Position numbers and translations under genes: made by a program. A stretch of 64,000 bases of DNA from Candidatus Latescibacterota bacterium. GTDB lineage: Bacteria > Latescibacterota > UBA2968. Shown here piece after piece: positions 47,613-58,079 of the stretch; within the stretch, counting starts at the first letter, position 1; every line of letters starts with the position of its first letter. Location of the stretch: assembly GCA_965207885.1 (NCBI GenBank), contig OZ242311.1:1696001-1760000 (forward strand), in the 5' to 3' direction. The notes under the pieces are model-generated. The model searched no databases and was not told the origin of the DNA. It saw only the letters and a list, made by a program, of their open reading frames with translations.

Positions 47613-48434
47613 ATGCCCGATAAAATCAAAATTGGAATGCTGAAAGCCATGCCCGAAAAATGGAATGTCGAGAAAAATTGGGCGATATTTGAAAAACAAT
47701 TTGAATCACATGGAAAAGATACAGACGTATTCATAACCCCGGAATGCTTCCTGGACGGATATTCAGTAACCGAAAAAAATTGGACCGCTGAGCGCTTTGC
47801 CAAAGTCGCTCAGGACGTCGAGCAAAGCGCGTACATCCAACAGGTATGCAAAATGGCACGCGCATCGCGCACCCACATCGTTTTTGGATACACTGAAAAA
47901 CGCGCGGGATATTTTTACAATGCCGCTATATTAGTGAACCGCGCGGGAAAAATTGTCGGCACATATTACAAAACGCATCTACAATCGCACGATCACCGCT
48001 TTGTGCGCGGCGATGACCTGCCCGTATTCGACCTCGACATTGGCACCGTGGGCATAGTCATTTGCGCGGACCGCCGATGGCCCGAATCGATTCGCACATT
48101 GCGGCTCAAAGGCGCAAAAATCTGTCTCATGCCAACCTATGGCATGTGGCATGAAGAAAATGAATGGTGGATGCGCACGCGATCCTATGAAAATCAGATG
48201 TTTGTGTGCTTCACGCATCCCAATGTCGCCCTGATCACAGACCCACACGGCAAAGTCGCGGCAAAATTGCAATCCAACGTACCCGACGTGTTAATCCACA
48301 AGGTCGATCTCAAAGACGCATCGGATGAAAACCATCTGAGCGACCGGCGCCCCGAACTCTACAGGGTAATGGGAAAAGTTGACCACTGGTCGCAGCAGCC
48401 CGAATTTTCATCGCCCACCTACGGAGGGAAATAA
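47613..48434 (+). CDS. Carbon-nitrogen hydrolase (nitrilase superfamily)
   Basis: PECFLDGY, YYKTHL, VICADRRWPE (E-K-C triad). Confidence 0.9.
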   Translation: MPDKIKIGMLKAMPEKWNVEKNWAIFEKQFESHGKDTDVFITPECFLDGYSVTEKNWTAERFAKVAQDVEQSAYIQQVCKMARASRTHIVFGYTEKRAGYFYNAAILVNRAGKIVGTYYKTHLQSHDHRFVRGDDLPVFDLDIGTVGIVICADRRWPESIRTLRLKGAKICLMPTYGMWHEENEWWMRTRSYENQMFVCFTHPNVALITDPHGKVAAKLQSNVPDVLIHKVDLKDASDENHLSDRRPELYRVMGKVDHWSQQPEFSSPTYGGK

Positions 48435-48437
48435 CCC

Positions 48438-49487
48438 ATGTATCGCATTGGACTCATTGGCAATCGGGCGCACCAGAACAGTTACGGCCCGATCTGGCAT
48501 GAACGAGAAGATTGCAAAATCGTCGCAGCGGCAGAGCACCACAAAGGCAAAGGCGAGGCACTATCTCAACTCTACGGCCTTGAGGTCGCGCGAGAATACG
48601 ACGCAGTACTGGAAGACCCGAACGTGGATATCGTCTCCATCTGCACGGACTTTTATCTCAAACGCACCCTGATCAAAAAAGCACTCGACTGTGGCAAACA
48701 CGTCCTGGTCGATAAAGCCATCGCGCGAACCGTTGTCGAAGCCAGAGAATTAGTCGATACTGTCGCCGGCGCATCAAACAAAGTACTGCTAACCTATCCT
48801 TCGCGATTTTCGCCCGCGATGATAAGACTCAAAGAAGCCCTTGACCGGAGCGAATACGGACATATCTCCGCGTATGCCCACAACAGCGTAAAACAATTTT
48901 TTGGCGACCTCATGGCATACGTAAGCTATCCGACGCCAGCCGTGCAAAATGGCGGGGGTGAACTGATGAATTTGGGCAGCCATACCGTAGATGCTCTGCT
49001 CTGGTTTTTTGGCATGCCCAACAGGGTGAATTGCCAAATGCAAAATCTCTATTTTGAGGAATACGCGCAATTTGGCACAGAAGACATCGCCACGCTCTGG
49101 TGTGAATATCCCGATTTCACGGCAACACTCACCGCGGGACGATCAAAGGCGCGAAGCGAAGATGCCACATTCGATTGCGTCAACATCACGGGCGAAGGCG
49201 CTTGGGTTCAGGTAGATCGCCTGGGATATTCCGTCAACGGACAACTCGTCGATACACCACCGCCCAGAGCAGCGGGATTGGCAGCATGTGTGTCGCATCT
49301 CATCGACTGCATCGAGCAAGACGCAAAACCCGTCACCAGTGCAGAAGACGGACTATCCGTTGCCCTGCTCACAACAGCCGCCTATCAAGCCGCACACACA
49401 GGCGAACCAGTCACCTTGCCCTTGCAAAATGAACAACATCCTCTCATCACAACAGAGGACCATGTGGTTAATCGTTTACTAGATTGA
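48438..49487 (+). CDS. Gfo/Idh/MocA oxidoreductase
   Basis: GKHVLVDK, GGGEL.NLG.H.VD. Confidence 0.85.
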   Translation: MYRIGLIGNRAHQNSYGPIWHEREDCKIVAAAEHHKGKGEALSQLYGLEVAREYDAVLEDPNVDIVSICTDFYLKRTLIKKALDCGKHVLVDKAIARTVVEARELVDTVAGASNKVLLTYPSRFSPAMIRLKEALDRSEYGHISAYAHNSVKQFFGDLMAYVSYPTPAVQNGGGELMNLGSHTVDALLWFFGMPNRVNCQMQNLYFEEYAQFGTEDIATLWCEYPDFTATLTAGRSKARSEDATFDCVNITGEGAWVQVDRLGYSVNGQLVDTPPPRAAGLAACVSHLIDCIEQDAKPVTSAEDGLSVALLTTAAYQAAHTGEPVTLPLQNEQHPLITTEDHVVNRLLD

Positions 49488-49499
49488 AAAGTCTGACCA

Positions 49500-49868
49500 T
49501 TAGACCTGCAAGGCCATTGGAACAACTTTTGAACGTCGTATGGTGCGATCGCGTGTGAGCAATGGAATATCATGAACGACGCTGGTAGCGGCAATAAGTT
49601 CGTCCGCAGGGTCGCTTCGAAAGTCGAGTTGAGTTGAGGCACGCGCAACAGCAAGATCAATCGGCCACACATGCAGACGGCTCAGTGTGCGGACCACATC
49701 TCGGTCATCGAGGTCCATATCAAGACGACCGAGTTGAACGAGCTTAGCCAGTTCCCAGAACACAATGGCTGAAACAGACCACCTGTTCTGCGACAACAAG
49801 GCCTGCTCGGCTGGTCGAAGATCGCCACTGACCGCGAAGATAAGGATATGCGTATCAAGATTGAGCAT
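49500..49868 (-). CDS. VapC PIN toxin
   Basis: NLDTHIL, SAI..WE, DPADELI.AT, LLTRD. Confidence 0.88.
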   Translation of the reverse strand: MLNLDTHILIFAVSGDLRPAEQALLSQNRWSVSAIVFWELAKLVQLGRLDMDLDDRDVVRTLSRLHVWPIDLAVARASTQLDFRSDPADELIAATSVVHDIPLLTRDRTIRRSKVVPMALQV

Positions 49869-50079
49869 CTGCTTCCCATTGGACGTCGGTCGTAAAGATG
49901 TCGCCACGAACCTTGACTTTGTGACGCAAACTGCCGATCAGATCAGCGCACAATTGGTCATAAGGTATGACGCACGCGACCGGCTTGCCGCGTTTGGTAA
50001 CGACCAAACCTTCGGCATCCAATTGATCCAACAAGGCCAGACACTGCTCCTTGAACTTTGAGACTCCAATTGTTTTCAT
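49855..50079 (-). CDS. Phd/YefM antitoxin
   Basis: SKFK..CL.LLD....VVTKRGKPVA; overlaps the toxin. Confidence 0.88.
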   Translation of the reverse strand: MKTIGVSKFKEQCLALLDQLDAEGLVVTKRGKPVACVIPYDQLCADLIGSLRHKVKVRGDIFTTDVQWEADAQS

Positions 50080-50181
50080 ATCGTATGCTCCGTTTGAATT
50101 TATCATAATATATAACTGGTCATTCTATTTGTCCATTTGAATGTAAATAAATCGTTTTTTATTTTCCATAGGAGGGACAAG

Positions 50182-51222
50182 ATGAACACGTACCGCGCTG
50201 TAATCGTAGGATTGACGGGTATTGGTGCCAGCCGCCCGCACGAAACGAGAGGACCTGTTTTCGGTGCCATGCCACCGTCTCACGCATCGGCATATCACAA
50301 ACACGCACAGACAGAAGTCGTCGGCGTATGCGACCTGCGCCAGGAGGTACTGGATGACTTCTGCGAGCGATGGGGCGACGTCTGGCCCGATGTGAACACG
50401 TACACAGATTTCAGGGAAATGCTGGACAAAGAGCAGCCCGACCTCGTCAGTGTCGTGACATCTGATCACGCACACGCCGACATCACAGTAGCCGCCGCCG
50501 AAGGATCGGCACAGGCAATCCTGTGTGAAAAACCCATTGCCACAACCATGGACGACGCCGACCGCATGATCGCAGCCGCCGAAGCAAATAACGTACCGCT
50601 CTCGATAGAACACACGCGCCGCTGGTATCCGAGTTATCTACAAGCACGGGAAATGATCCGATCCGGCGAAATGGGCCGTTTGCGAACCATCGTCTGCGAC
50701 CAATTCGGAACGCGCGCCATGATGTTCCGCAACGGCACGCACATGATCGACATGATGTGCTTCTTTGCCGAAGCGAACCCCGAATGGCTGGTCGGCGAAC
50801 TGGAACCCGGCTTCGAGCACTTCACCGAATACAAAGGCGATGGCGGACACGATCCAGCGACCGACCCTTATGCCTCTGCGTACATCCATTTTGACAATGA
50901 CGTACGCGCATTTTACAACTGCCACAAAATGGCGTTTAACGGATCAAAATTTTCTCTAACCTGTGAAAATGGACGGATTGAAATCTCAGATCAAAAATTT
51001 GAGGTTATTACCCCACAAGAACCGCGCTGGTGGTCGCATGCAGCAGTCCCCGTAGAGCCGTATATATCGATCCGACAAATTGGCGCAGTCTCGGAACTCA
51101 TCCACGTCCTGGAAAACGGCGGCACACTCGTCTCGCCCGCCCGCGAAGCCAGAAAAACACTTCAAATCATGCTGGGCATATTGGACTCGCATCACGCGGG
51201 CAATCTGCGGGTCAATCTCTAA
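50182..51222 (+). CDS. Gfo/Idh/MocA oxidoreductase
   Basis: VG..GIG, CEKPIA, NGTH..D. Confidence 0.88.
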   Translation: MNTYRAVIVGLTGIGASRPHETRGPVFGAMPPSHASAYHKHAQTEVVGVCDLRQEVLDDFCERWGDVWPDVNTYTDFREMLDKEQPDLVSVVTSDHAHADITVAAAEGSAQAILCEKPIATTMDDADRMIAAAEANNVPLSIEHTRRWYPSYLQAREMIRSGEMGRLRTIVCDQFGTRAMMFRNGTHMIDMMCFFAEANPEWLVGELEPGFEHFTEYKGDGGHDPATDPYASAYIHFDNDVRAFYNCHKMAFNGSKFSLTCENGRIEISDQKFEVITPQEPRWWSHAAVPVEPYISIRQIGAVSELIHVLENGGTLVSPAREARKTLQIMLGILDSHHAGNLRVNL

Positions 51223-51235
51223 AAAAGGAGAACCC

Positions 51236-52297
51236 ATGACGGATAAGCATCGCATCGACTGTCTCTTCCTCTCTCAAGAAGACCTTCTGCAAGCCGGATG
51301 CCTGGACATACGGTTGGCAATGAGCGCGGCGGAAAACGCCATGCTCGCCTACCAAAAAAACGACATCCTTTTTCCAGAAAAAGTAGTTCAGATTTTCAAT
51401 GAAGACACCCAGGAACGCATTAACTGCCTGCCTGCGACCCTCTTGCCCGAAAAAATATGTGGGGCTAAGTGGGTATCCGTATTCCCGTTCAATCCCGAGA
51501 AATACGGCCAGCAGAATCTCTCTGCGGTCTTCATCCTATCCGAGATCGAGAAAGGCTACCCCATTGCCTTTATGGACGGCACCCTGTGCTCGAATATGCG
51601 CGTGGGTGCGATGGGTGGCATTGCCGCCAGGCATTTCGCAAGACCGGATTCCAGGAGCATTGCTTTTATTGGAGCAGGGGAACAGGCCAAGATGCACTTG
51701 ATCGCCATGAAGACGGTGTTTCCAGGCCTTGAGGAGTGCCGGGTTTCTGCCAAGCATGACCACGAAGAGCAGCAATTCATCGACGAAATGGCTGCCCTCT
51801 TTCGAGACATGCGTTTTTCCGCCGCCCATACAAATGCACAGCGGGCCATAGAGGGCGCCGACATTCTCGTCACAGCCACGAGCGCACAAGCCCCGCTTCT
51901 CAAAGCGGCGTGGATAAAGCCCGGCACTTTCTACAGCCATATCGGCGGCTGGGAGGACGAGTATGACGTGGCGAAACAATGCGAGAAAATTGTGTGCGAC
52001 GATTGGGAAACCGTAAAGCACAGAACGCAAACTCTCAGTCGTATGTACAAAGATGGACAACTCTCAGACGAGGACATTTACGCGAACCTCGTCGAAGTCG
52101 TCTCCGGCGAAAAAGGAGGAAGGGAGACCCCCGAAGAACGGGCCTACTTCAACGCAGTTGGCCTGGCCTATGTCGATGTGGCTATTGCATACGCGATGTA
52201 CCAACGAGCCAGAGAAGCGGGAAAAGGACGGATATCGAGCATCCAGGAGACCATGATCTTCCAGCACGAGAACCTATCAGATTGGATCCGGCTGTGA
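51236..52297 (+). CDS. Ornithine cyclodeaminase/mu-crystallin family protein
   Basis: PA....G.KWVS.FP.NP, R.GA, IGAGEQA, VTATSA, AVGLA..DVA. Confidence 0.88.
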   Translation: MTDKHRIDCLFLSQEDLLQAGCLDIRLAMSAAENAMLAYQKNDILFPEKVVQIFNEDTQERINCLPATLLPEKICGAKWVSVFPFNPEKYGQQNLSAVFILSEIEKGYPIAFMDGTLCSNMRVGAMGGIAARHFARPDSRSIAFIGAGEQAKMHLIAMKTVFPGLEECRVSAKHDHEEQQFIDEMAALFRDMRFSAAHTNAQRAIEGADILVTATSAQAPLLKAAWIKPGTFYSHIGGWEDEYDVAKQCEKIVCDDWETVKHRTQTLSRMYKDGQLSDEDIYANLVEVVSGEKGGRETPEERAYFNAVGLAYVDVAIAYAMYQRAREAGKGRISSIQETMIFQHENLSDWIRL

Positions 52298-52344
52298 AGC
52301 CATCGGCAATGACCAACTGAACTCGCGACAATCTTGCGACATAA

Positions 52345-53061
52345 CTACTCAAAGAACCCCTCATCGTGGGGTCGTAAATCGATCTCGAAACCCCAGGCAC
52401 CTTTGTCCTGCTGCACCAGACGCCAATAGGCATCGGCCACGGCGTCAATATTCATGAGAGGTTCACTCTCCTCAACATCTCCTCTCTCGTGCAACAAGGG
52501 GGTATCCAGCACCCCGTCTATGATAACGTGGGCCACGTGAATGCCTTCGGGCCACAGCTCGCGGGCTAATGCCCAGGCCAAACCGCGCACCGCAAACTTG
52601 GCACTGCTAAAGGCAATGGCACCTCCCCGGCCTCGAATGGACGAAGTAGCGCCAGTAAAAAGAATGGCCCCACCACCCGCAGACAGCATATCGCCGACCA
52701 CTTCCTTTGCACACAGAAAGGAGCCGTAGGCACACACGCGCCAGGATAATTCAAACTCATCCAGGGTCAGTTCATGAAAGTTTTTCCATGAAGCATTGCC
52801 AGCGTGGTTGATCAGGACATCAACCGGACCCAATTCCTCGCGCACCCGGGCAAAACTCTGGATCACCTGCTGGGGATCGGTGATATCCGTAGGTAAGGCT
52901 AAAGCTCTCACACCTTCTTGCAGCAGTTCTTCTGCCAGCTCCTGGATATAATCAGGGGACCGGGCCAGCAACCCCACCTGATAGCCTTCGCCTGCAAACT
53001 TCCTCACCAGCGCGGCACCTAAACCAGAGCCGACCCCTGAAATAACAGCCGTTTTGGACAT
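52345..53061 (-). CDS. SDR family oxidoreductase
   Basis: GVGSGLG, FTGATSS.RG, F..AKFA.RGL, HV.IDG. Confidence 0.9.
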   Translation of the reverse strand: MSKTAVISGVGSGLGAALVRKFAGEGYQVGLLARSPDYIQELAEELLQEGVRALALPTDITDPQQVIQSFARVREELGPVDVLINHAGNASWKNFHELTLDEFELSWRVCAYGSFLCAKEVVGDMLSAGGGAILFTGATSSIRGRGGAIAFSSAKFAVRGLAWALARELWPEGIHVAHVIIDGVLDTPLLHERGDVEESEPLMNIDAVADAYWRLVQQDKGAWGFEIDLRPHDEGFFE

Positions 53062-53099
53062 AGTAATCTCCTCGAGTTTTTTGGTCTTAAAAAAACAAA

Positions 53100-53132
53100 C
53101 TGGATCACGGCTCAAAACCATGCCGCGATGAC
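53100..53132 (-). repeat. GTCA-type REP-like palindrome
   Basis: Minus strand GTCA-TCGCGGC-ATGGTTTTGA-GCCGTGA-TCCAG (one G-T pair). Confidence 0.7.
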
Positions 53133-53164
53133 AATTACATCCCTATATGGCATCGCCAACACTC

Positions 53165-54193
53165 TTACGGACCTTGCACCCCCATCGGATGCGGACCATG
53201 GGTCATCACACCCTGTCGCGCGTGGGCATAAACCGCATCCTGAATCTCGAGAATACGCACCGCATCAACAATCGTTGGCTCAAACGCATTGCCCTCACGG
53301 CTCGCGTCTAACGCCTTACCCATCACGCGCTGCATGCGCTCGCCGTGCGAAATATCCTCGCTGAACTGGACGCCCTCAGTCGTATGAACCTCAATCAAAG
53401 GCTCGCCATTGCGACCGTACTGCTCAAAAACCGAAGCCTTTGTACCGATAAACCGAAAAAAATGATCCCCACTGCGCGTACCCGCCGGATAAGAATAACC
53501 GGACTCAACGATCCCGGTAATCCCGTCATCCGTCCGCAACACGCCGACACCACTATCCTCCACCCCCCGGCTATACATCGCATTGGACATCACCGCACCA
53601 ACAACGGAAATATGCCGATCACCAACAAATTGCAAAAACGTATCAATCCCATGCGCCGCCTCAACTGCCCAGCAGCCGCCACCGGAAATATCCGGATCAT
53701 TATGCCACGCTGACGGCGTCGGATCATAGCGGGACGGAGGCCCATTATTCAACCTGCTATTATACAGCACCAGATCGCCCAAACTGCCATCCGCCGCCAT
53801 ATCTTCCACCAGATGGACAATTCGGCTCGCGCGATTGGGCAGCACCAGCGCACTGAACACACCGTACTTCTCCGAAGCCTCGGCAACGGGACGCAAACGG
53901 TCTGCACAATCGGCAAACGGCTTATCCAGAAGATAGGGAACGCGGCGATCCACACAGGCTTGCACATGAGACGGCATCTCAACGTGTTTCCCCGCAACAA
54001 GTGCCGCATCTGGCTGACACGCATCGAGACACGCACCCGCCGACTCGAAACTATGGCACTGAAACTCCTCCGCCAACTGTTGCCGGGGACCTGCATCGCC
54101 ATCCATAACACCGACAATATCGTGACCCAGTCCGTGTGCGGTACGCGCCATACCCCGTCCGTGGTGACTATAGGAAAGAACAACCAGTTTCAT
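53165..54193 (-). CDS. Gfo/Idh/MocA oxidoreductase
   Basis: LLDKP, SGGG....A.H.ID. Confidence 0.8.
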   Translation of the reverse strand: MKLVVLSYSHHGRGMARTAHGLGHDIVGVMDGDAGPRQQLAEEFQCHSFESAGACLDACQPDAALVAGKHVEMPSHVQACVDRRVPYLLDKPFADCADRLRPVAEASEKYGVFSALVLPNRASRIVHLVEDMAADGSLGDLVLYNSRLNNGPPSRYDPTPSAWHNDPDISGGGCWAVEAAHGIDTFLQFVGDRHISVVGAVMSNAMYSRGVEDSGVGVLRTDDGITGIVESGYSYPAGTRSGDHFFRFIGTKASVFEQYGRNGEPLIEVHTTEGVQFSEDISHGERMQRVMGKALDASREGNAFEPTIVDAVRILEIQDAVYAHARQGVMTHGPHPMGVQGP

Positions 54194-54208
54194 GCATTAT
54201 CTCCCTTC

Positions 54209-54985
54209 TCAATCCAACGCCACGATAGACCGACACAGCACTTTACCGCGCTCTGACAGAGAATCGTAAATCGCACGGGGCATCTCTCCATCTCGGCCGG
54301 GTCGGCGAAACCAGGGCGCGTAATAGCCCACACTCGTCATAATACGCACATCCCGAGACATATTGGGCGTCCCCCCGTGCCAGCAGCGCACATCTCGAAA
54401 AATCGCCGACTTGCTCGGCGCGCAAGCCACGGAATGCTTCATCCAATCGGGTTCATCCTCCAGACTGGGAATCGGCTGGCGCGAGCGATGGGTGCCGCGG
54501 ATAAATCGCGTAGCCCCATTCTCCACACTAAAATCAATCATCGGAAAATTGACCACAATAAACGGCACCGGAACATCCATAATCGTCACCCGCTGCTCGG
54601 GATCATTGATCAAATCGGGCATATCGCGGTGCAAATGCTGGATTTTTGCCCCCGGCAGCGAATAATCACCGCCAGCACCGCTGCACACAAACTGATTACT
54701 ATTGAAAATAGCTTCAATAATAGGTAAAATAGTAGGCAGATCAACCAGCATCGCCCATTCGGGGTGATGGATCTGCGAACCAAACGAATAACGCGCAAAC
54801 CCCCTATTCGCCTTCTCCAGCGGGACCGCGCTCGTCTGTTCCGCAACAACGCGATGCGCGCCCTCCACAAGAAAAGCGAACTGATCATCGGTCAGCGCAT
54901 CCGTCACAACCGCAAGCCCATCGCGATGAAAAACAGAGGCAGCGCGGTCAACTTCTGACGGTTCAATAAGTTCGAGATCGAGCAT
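54209..54985 (-). CDS. PhyH family dioxygenase
   Basis: FHRDG..V, QHLHRD, NGAT.FI.GTH, WHGG.PN.S. Confidence 0.85.
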   Translation of the reverse strand: MLDLELIEPSEVDRAASVFHRDGLAVVTDALTDDQFAFLVEGAHRVVAEQTSAVPLEKANRGFARYSFGSQIHHPEWAMLVDLPTILPIIEAIFNSNQFVCSGAGGDYSLPGAKIQHLHRDMPDLINDPEQRVTIMDVPVPFIVVNFPMIDFSVENGATRFIRGTHRSRQPIPSLEDEPDWMKHSVACAPSKSAIFRDVRCWHGGTPNMSRDVRIMTSVGYYAPWFRRPGRDGEMPRAIYDSLSERGKVLCRSIVALD

Positions 54986-55008
54986 AAGAATCTCCAAAGG
55001 AGGTTGTT

Positions 55009-55869
55009 GTGGATGAAAAAACAGATAACCTGCAAGACACGTACGAGCCTGGCGAATACGACCCCGCGCTCTACAAATACGCCCGCATCGCCGAATCTGT
55101 TGACGGCTTTGAAAACGTAAGCGACGAGCACATCGCGCAATTTCACGCACAGGGCTTTTTGCCAATACAGAGCGCGTATTCCAGCGCACAGGTCAACGAC
55201 GGCATGGCCGCAGTAAAAGAATTGATCGCAGGGCAAAATCGCGAATTCAGGGGCGTACAATTCGAGCGCGGGCGCGCCAAACAGGTCAAACGATCAGAGG
55301 GTCACGCGCGCGAACTACTCGTGCGAAAACTCACCCGATTTGTCGGATTTGATCCGCGACTGGACGCATTTGGCGAAGACCCACAACTGATAGATATTTT
55401 GACCCGCATCATGGGGGAACCGCCCAAACTATTTGCCAACCAGGCCATGTTAAAACCGCCCGGCATTGGACGCGAAAAACCCTGGCACCAGGATCACGCC
55501 TACTTTAACGTGCCCATGCACACCTGCATCGTCAGCGCGTGGGTTGCCCTCGACCCCGCGGATCCCGAAAATGGGTGCATGCACGTCATCCCCCAAAGCC
55601 ACCGAGCAGGTCCCGTCATACATTTTAAAAGACGCGACTGGCAAATCTGCGACACCGACGTCGTGCGCAACCACATCACCGCAGTAGCTCTGCAACCCGG
55701 TGGCGTACTCCTCTGGCACGGGCGACTGCACCACGGCTCTCCGGAGAACCGATCAAACCGCCGTCGCCGCGCCCTGCAACTGCATTACATCCCCAGATCC
55801 ATAGAGGAAATTTCTTCAGAAGAACGCCTCGCCGTCTATGGCAACGAAGGCAAGGATGTAACGTGTTAG
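55009..55869 (+). CDS. PhyH family dioxygenase
   Basis: KPP...KPWHQD, W.ALD.AD.ENGCM..IP.SH, HHGS..NRS. Confidence 0.9.
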   Translation: MDEKTDNLQDTYEPGEYDPALYKYARIAESVDGFENVSDEHIAQFHAQGFLPIQSAYSSAQVNDGMAAVKELIAGQNREFRGVQFERGRAKQVKRSEGHARELLVRKLTRFVGFDPRLDAFGEDPQLIDILTRIMGEPPKLFANQAMLKPPGIGREKPWHQDHAYFNVPMHTCIVSAWVALDPADPENGCMHVIPQSHRAGPVIHFKRRDWQICDTDVVRNHITAVALQPGGVLLWHGRLHHGSPENRSNRRRRALQLHYIPRSIEEISSEERLAVYGNEGKDVTC

Positions 55870-55876
55870 ACGTATG

Positions 55877-56956
55877 TCACACCTTTCTCGCATCTTCCCT
55901 GGCACATATCGCCTCGCTCCCGGCAATAGCAACGCGCATCGCACTGAGACCGTCTTCGTGCGTAACGCTAAACGGCGCATCGTCGATACACTGCGTAATA
56001 AAATACGCGAGTTCATTCTTATACGACTCGCCAAAACGGGTAATAAACACGGGCACATCGGGACCGTAATCCCGCAAGGAAATGGATTCTTTGTAAATCA
56101 CACCATCAGGACCATACGCCTCCACCTCAACCCTGTGCGGATCCTCCTGAAAATGCCCCACGTGAATCACCCCGCCATCGCCATAAATCCAGGTCGCATT
56201 GCGATATCCCGCAACGTGATTGCGACTGACCATAACCTGACCAATTAAGCGACCGGGAAACCACATCTGTAAAAAAGCATCGTCGTAATCCTCTTCAACA
56301 GTACTGATAGTACAATTGTAAAGATTGGACCCAAACGCGGCCACATATTCGGGCATAGGACCGCCGAGCAACCAGAGAATCTCATCGCAATTGTGAACAG
56401 CCATATCGGTAAGCAAGCCCGCGCTATTATAACCAACGGGCGGTGGAATAGGGTCCTCCAGCACCGAAACAATTTTGAACACATTGCCGATGGCGTTTTG
56501 TTCCAACAACGCTTTTGCCCTCAACAACGGAGCGTCAAACCGGCGCATAAAAGCCAGCATCAGCGCGTTTTTCCGCCTGGGATCCCGATTCAAATCGGCA
56601 ACAAAAGCCTCGGCGGACACGAGCGAATGGGTCAGCGGCTTCTCCAAAAGCACGCGACAACCCGCATCAACAAGTACTCGCGCATCGCGTTCGTGATCTT
56701 CTGTGCGTGACGCAACAAGCGCGGCATCGATCAAATCCGACGCTACAAGATCAGACACATCGTTAAACGCGTGAATCTCCGTCGCCTGATCTGCCTGAAG
56801 CTCTGCAGCCACGCGACTGGCCGTATCGCCATAAGTATCGGACACAGCGACGAGTTCGCACACACCCGTTTCCCGGGCGAGTTCTTGAACATGCCGGGCG
56901 TGAAAGACGCCAATGCGCCCAACACCGACCACGGCCATGCGGATGGGTTTATTCAT
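55877..56956 (-). CDS. Gfo/Idh/MocA oxidoreductase (inositol dehydrogenase-like)
   Basis: VGVGRIG..H, LEKP, F.RRFD, DM.VH..D. Confidence 0.88.
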   Translation of the reverse strand: MNKPIRMAVVGVGRIGVFHARHVQELARETGVCELVAVSDTYGDTASRVAAELQADQATEIHAFNDVSDLVASDLIDAALVASRTEDHERDARVLVDAGCRVLLEKPLTHSLVSAEAFVADLNRDPRRKNALMLAFMRRFDAPLLRAKALLEQNAIGNVFKIVSVLEDPIPPPVGYNSAGLLTDMAVHNCDEILWLLGGPMPEYVAAFGSNLYNCTISTVEEDYDDAFLQMWFPGRLIGQVMVSRNHVAGYRNATWIYGDGGVIHVGHFQEDPHRVEVEAYGPDGVIYKESISLRDYGPDVPVFITRFGESYKNELAYFITQCIDDAPFSVTHEDGLSAMRVAIAGSEAICAREDARKV

Positions 56957-56977
56957 AGAAAATTCCTCTATTACAAA

Positions 56978-57997
56978 TTATGCGGAAATTTGAACGACCT
57001 CTCCCGTCTCAACACTATGGCTAATCGCCTCTAAAACGCGCATATTCTCATAGGCATCCTCAAGACTCGAATGAGGCTGTATATCGGCTTGCAGCGACTG
57101 TGCCCAATGCTGCATCTCTTCGAGATAGCCGGGACGCCCGACGCTGTGAAATGCGGTATTGAGATCCCATTCTTCGGTAGGCGTATCGGCGTACCCACCG
57201 CCAGAATCGAGCCATGTCGGAACGCGGTAACGGCGCAACTTGCGCGTCTCAAACACCTGAATTGCCTGACTATTCGTACCCTTGACAAAAATCATCGCCT
57301 CCAAAACCGGACCCGTGCCGAGCGTCATCGTACCGATGCCACCATTCTCATAACGCAAATTAACGGATATTGACACCGTACCAGACGTACCATCAACAGA
57401 ACCCAGCGCAAAAACCTCGCTGACCTGCCCCATAAAAAAACGCATGCAATCGGTAGGATGGATAACCTGATCAATCATAAAGGGCCACGCAAAAGGCGAT
57501 CCCATCTCCTGTAACCGAGGACCAGGCGCCATGTAGCGGGTATGGTATTGACAAGCATTGCCGAACGCCTCATCGTCCATCAACTCCCTGGCAATCTGAT
57601 GTGCGGGGGCATGCCGCCACATTGTGCCCACCATCCCTGTTTTACCGGTAGCAACTGAGGCATCGACCAGCATCTTCGCACCCTCAGAGGTAGTCGCGGG
57701 CGGCTTCTCGGTATAGATATGATAACCCCGCTGAAGACACGCAATGCCGATATCCCGATGTAATTTGTCCTCTGGCCTGCCCACAACGGCAACAGCGTGG
57801 AGATCTTCATGCTTGAACATCTCGTCGTAATCGGTATAATAGCGGAGTGCGCCGAACCTGCGCGCATTTGATCTCGCCTTCTCCTCAACGAGATCGCAAG
57901 TAGCGACAAATTCAAACTCCGGCACCAGCGGTATGCACCGCTGCAATTGAGACGACATATTACCACAGCCAATAAATGCCACTCGGATTTTGTCCAT
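56978..57997 (-). CDS. Gfo/Idh/MocA oxidoreductase
   Basis: IGCG, TEKPPA, D..IH..D. Confidence 0.88.
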   Translation of the reverse strand: MDKIRVAFIGCGNMSSQLQRCIPLVPEFEFVATCDLVEEKARSNARRFGALRYYTDYDEMFKHEDLHAVAVVGRPEDKLHRDIGIACLQRGYHIYTEKPPATTSEGAKMLVDASVATGKTGMVGTMWRHAPAHQIARELMDDEAFGNACQYHTRYMAPGPRLQEMGSPFAWPFMIDQVIHPTDCMRFFMGQVSEVFALGSVDGTSGTVSISVNLRYENGGIGTMTLGTGPVLEAMIFVKGTNSQAIQVFETRKLRRYRVPTWLDSGGGYADTPTEEWDLNTAFHSVGRPGYLEEMQHWAQSLQADIQPHSSLEDAYENMRVLEAISHSVETGEVVQISA

Positions 57998-58079
57998 GAT
58001 ATATTCTCCAATGCGAAATAAGTTAAAAATAATCCCGCTCGAGTACGAATAAACAGAGAGCAAAAGGCTAACATATAGC

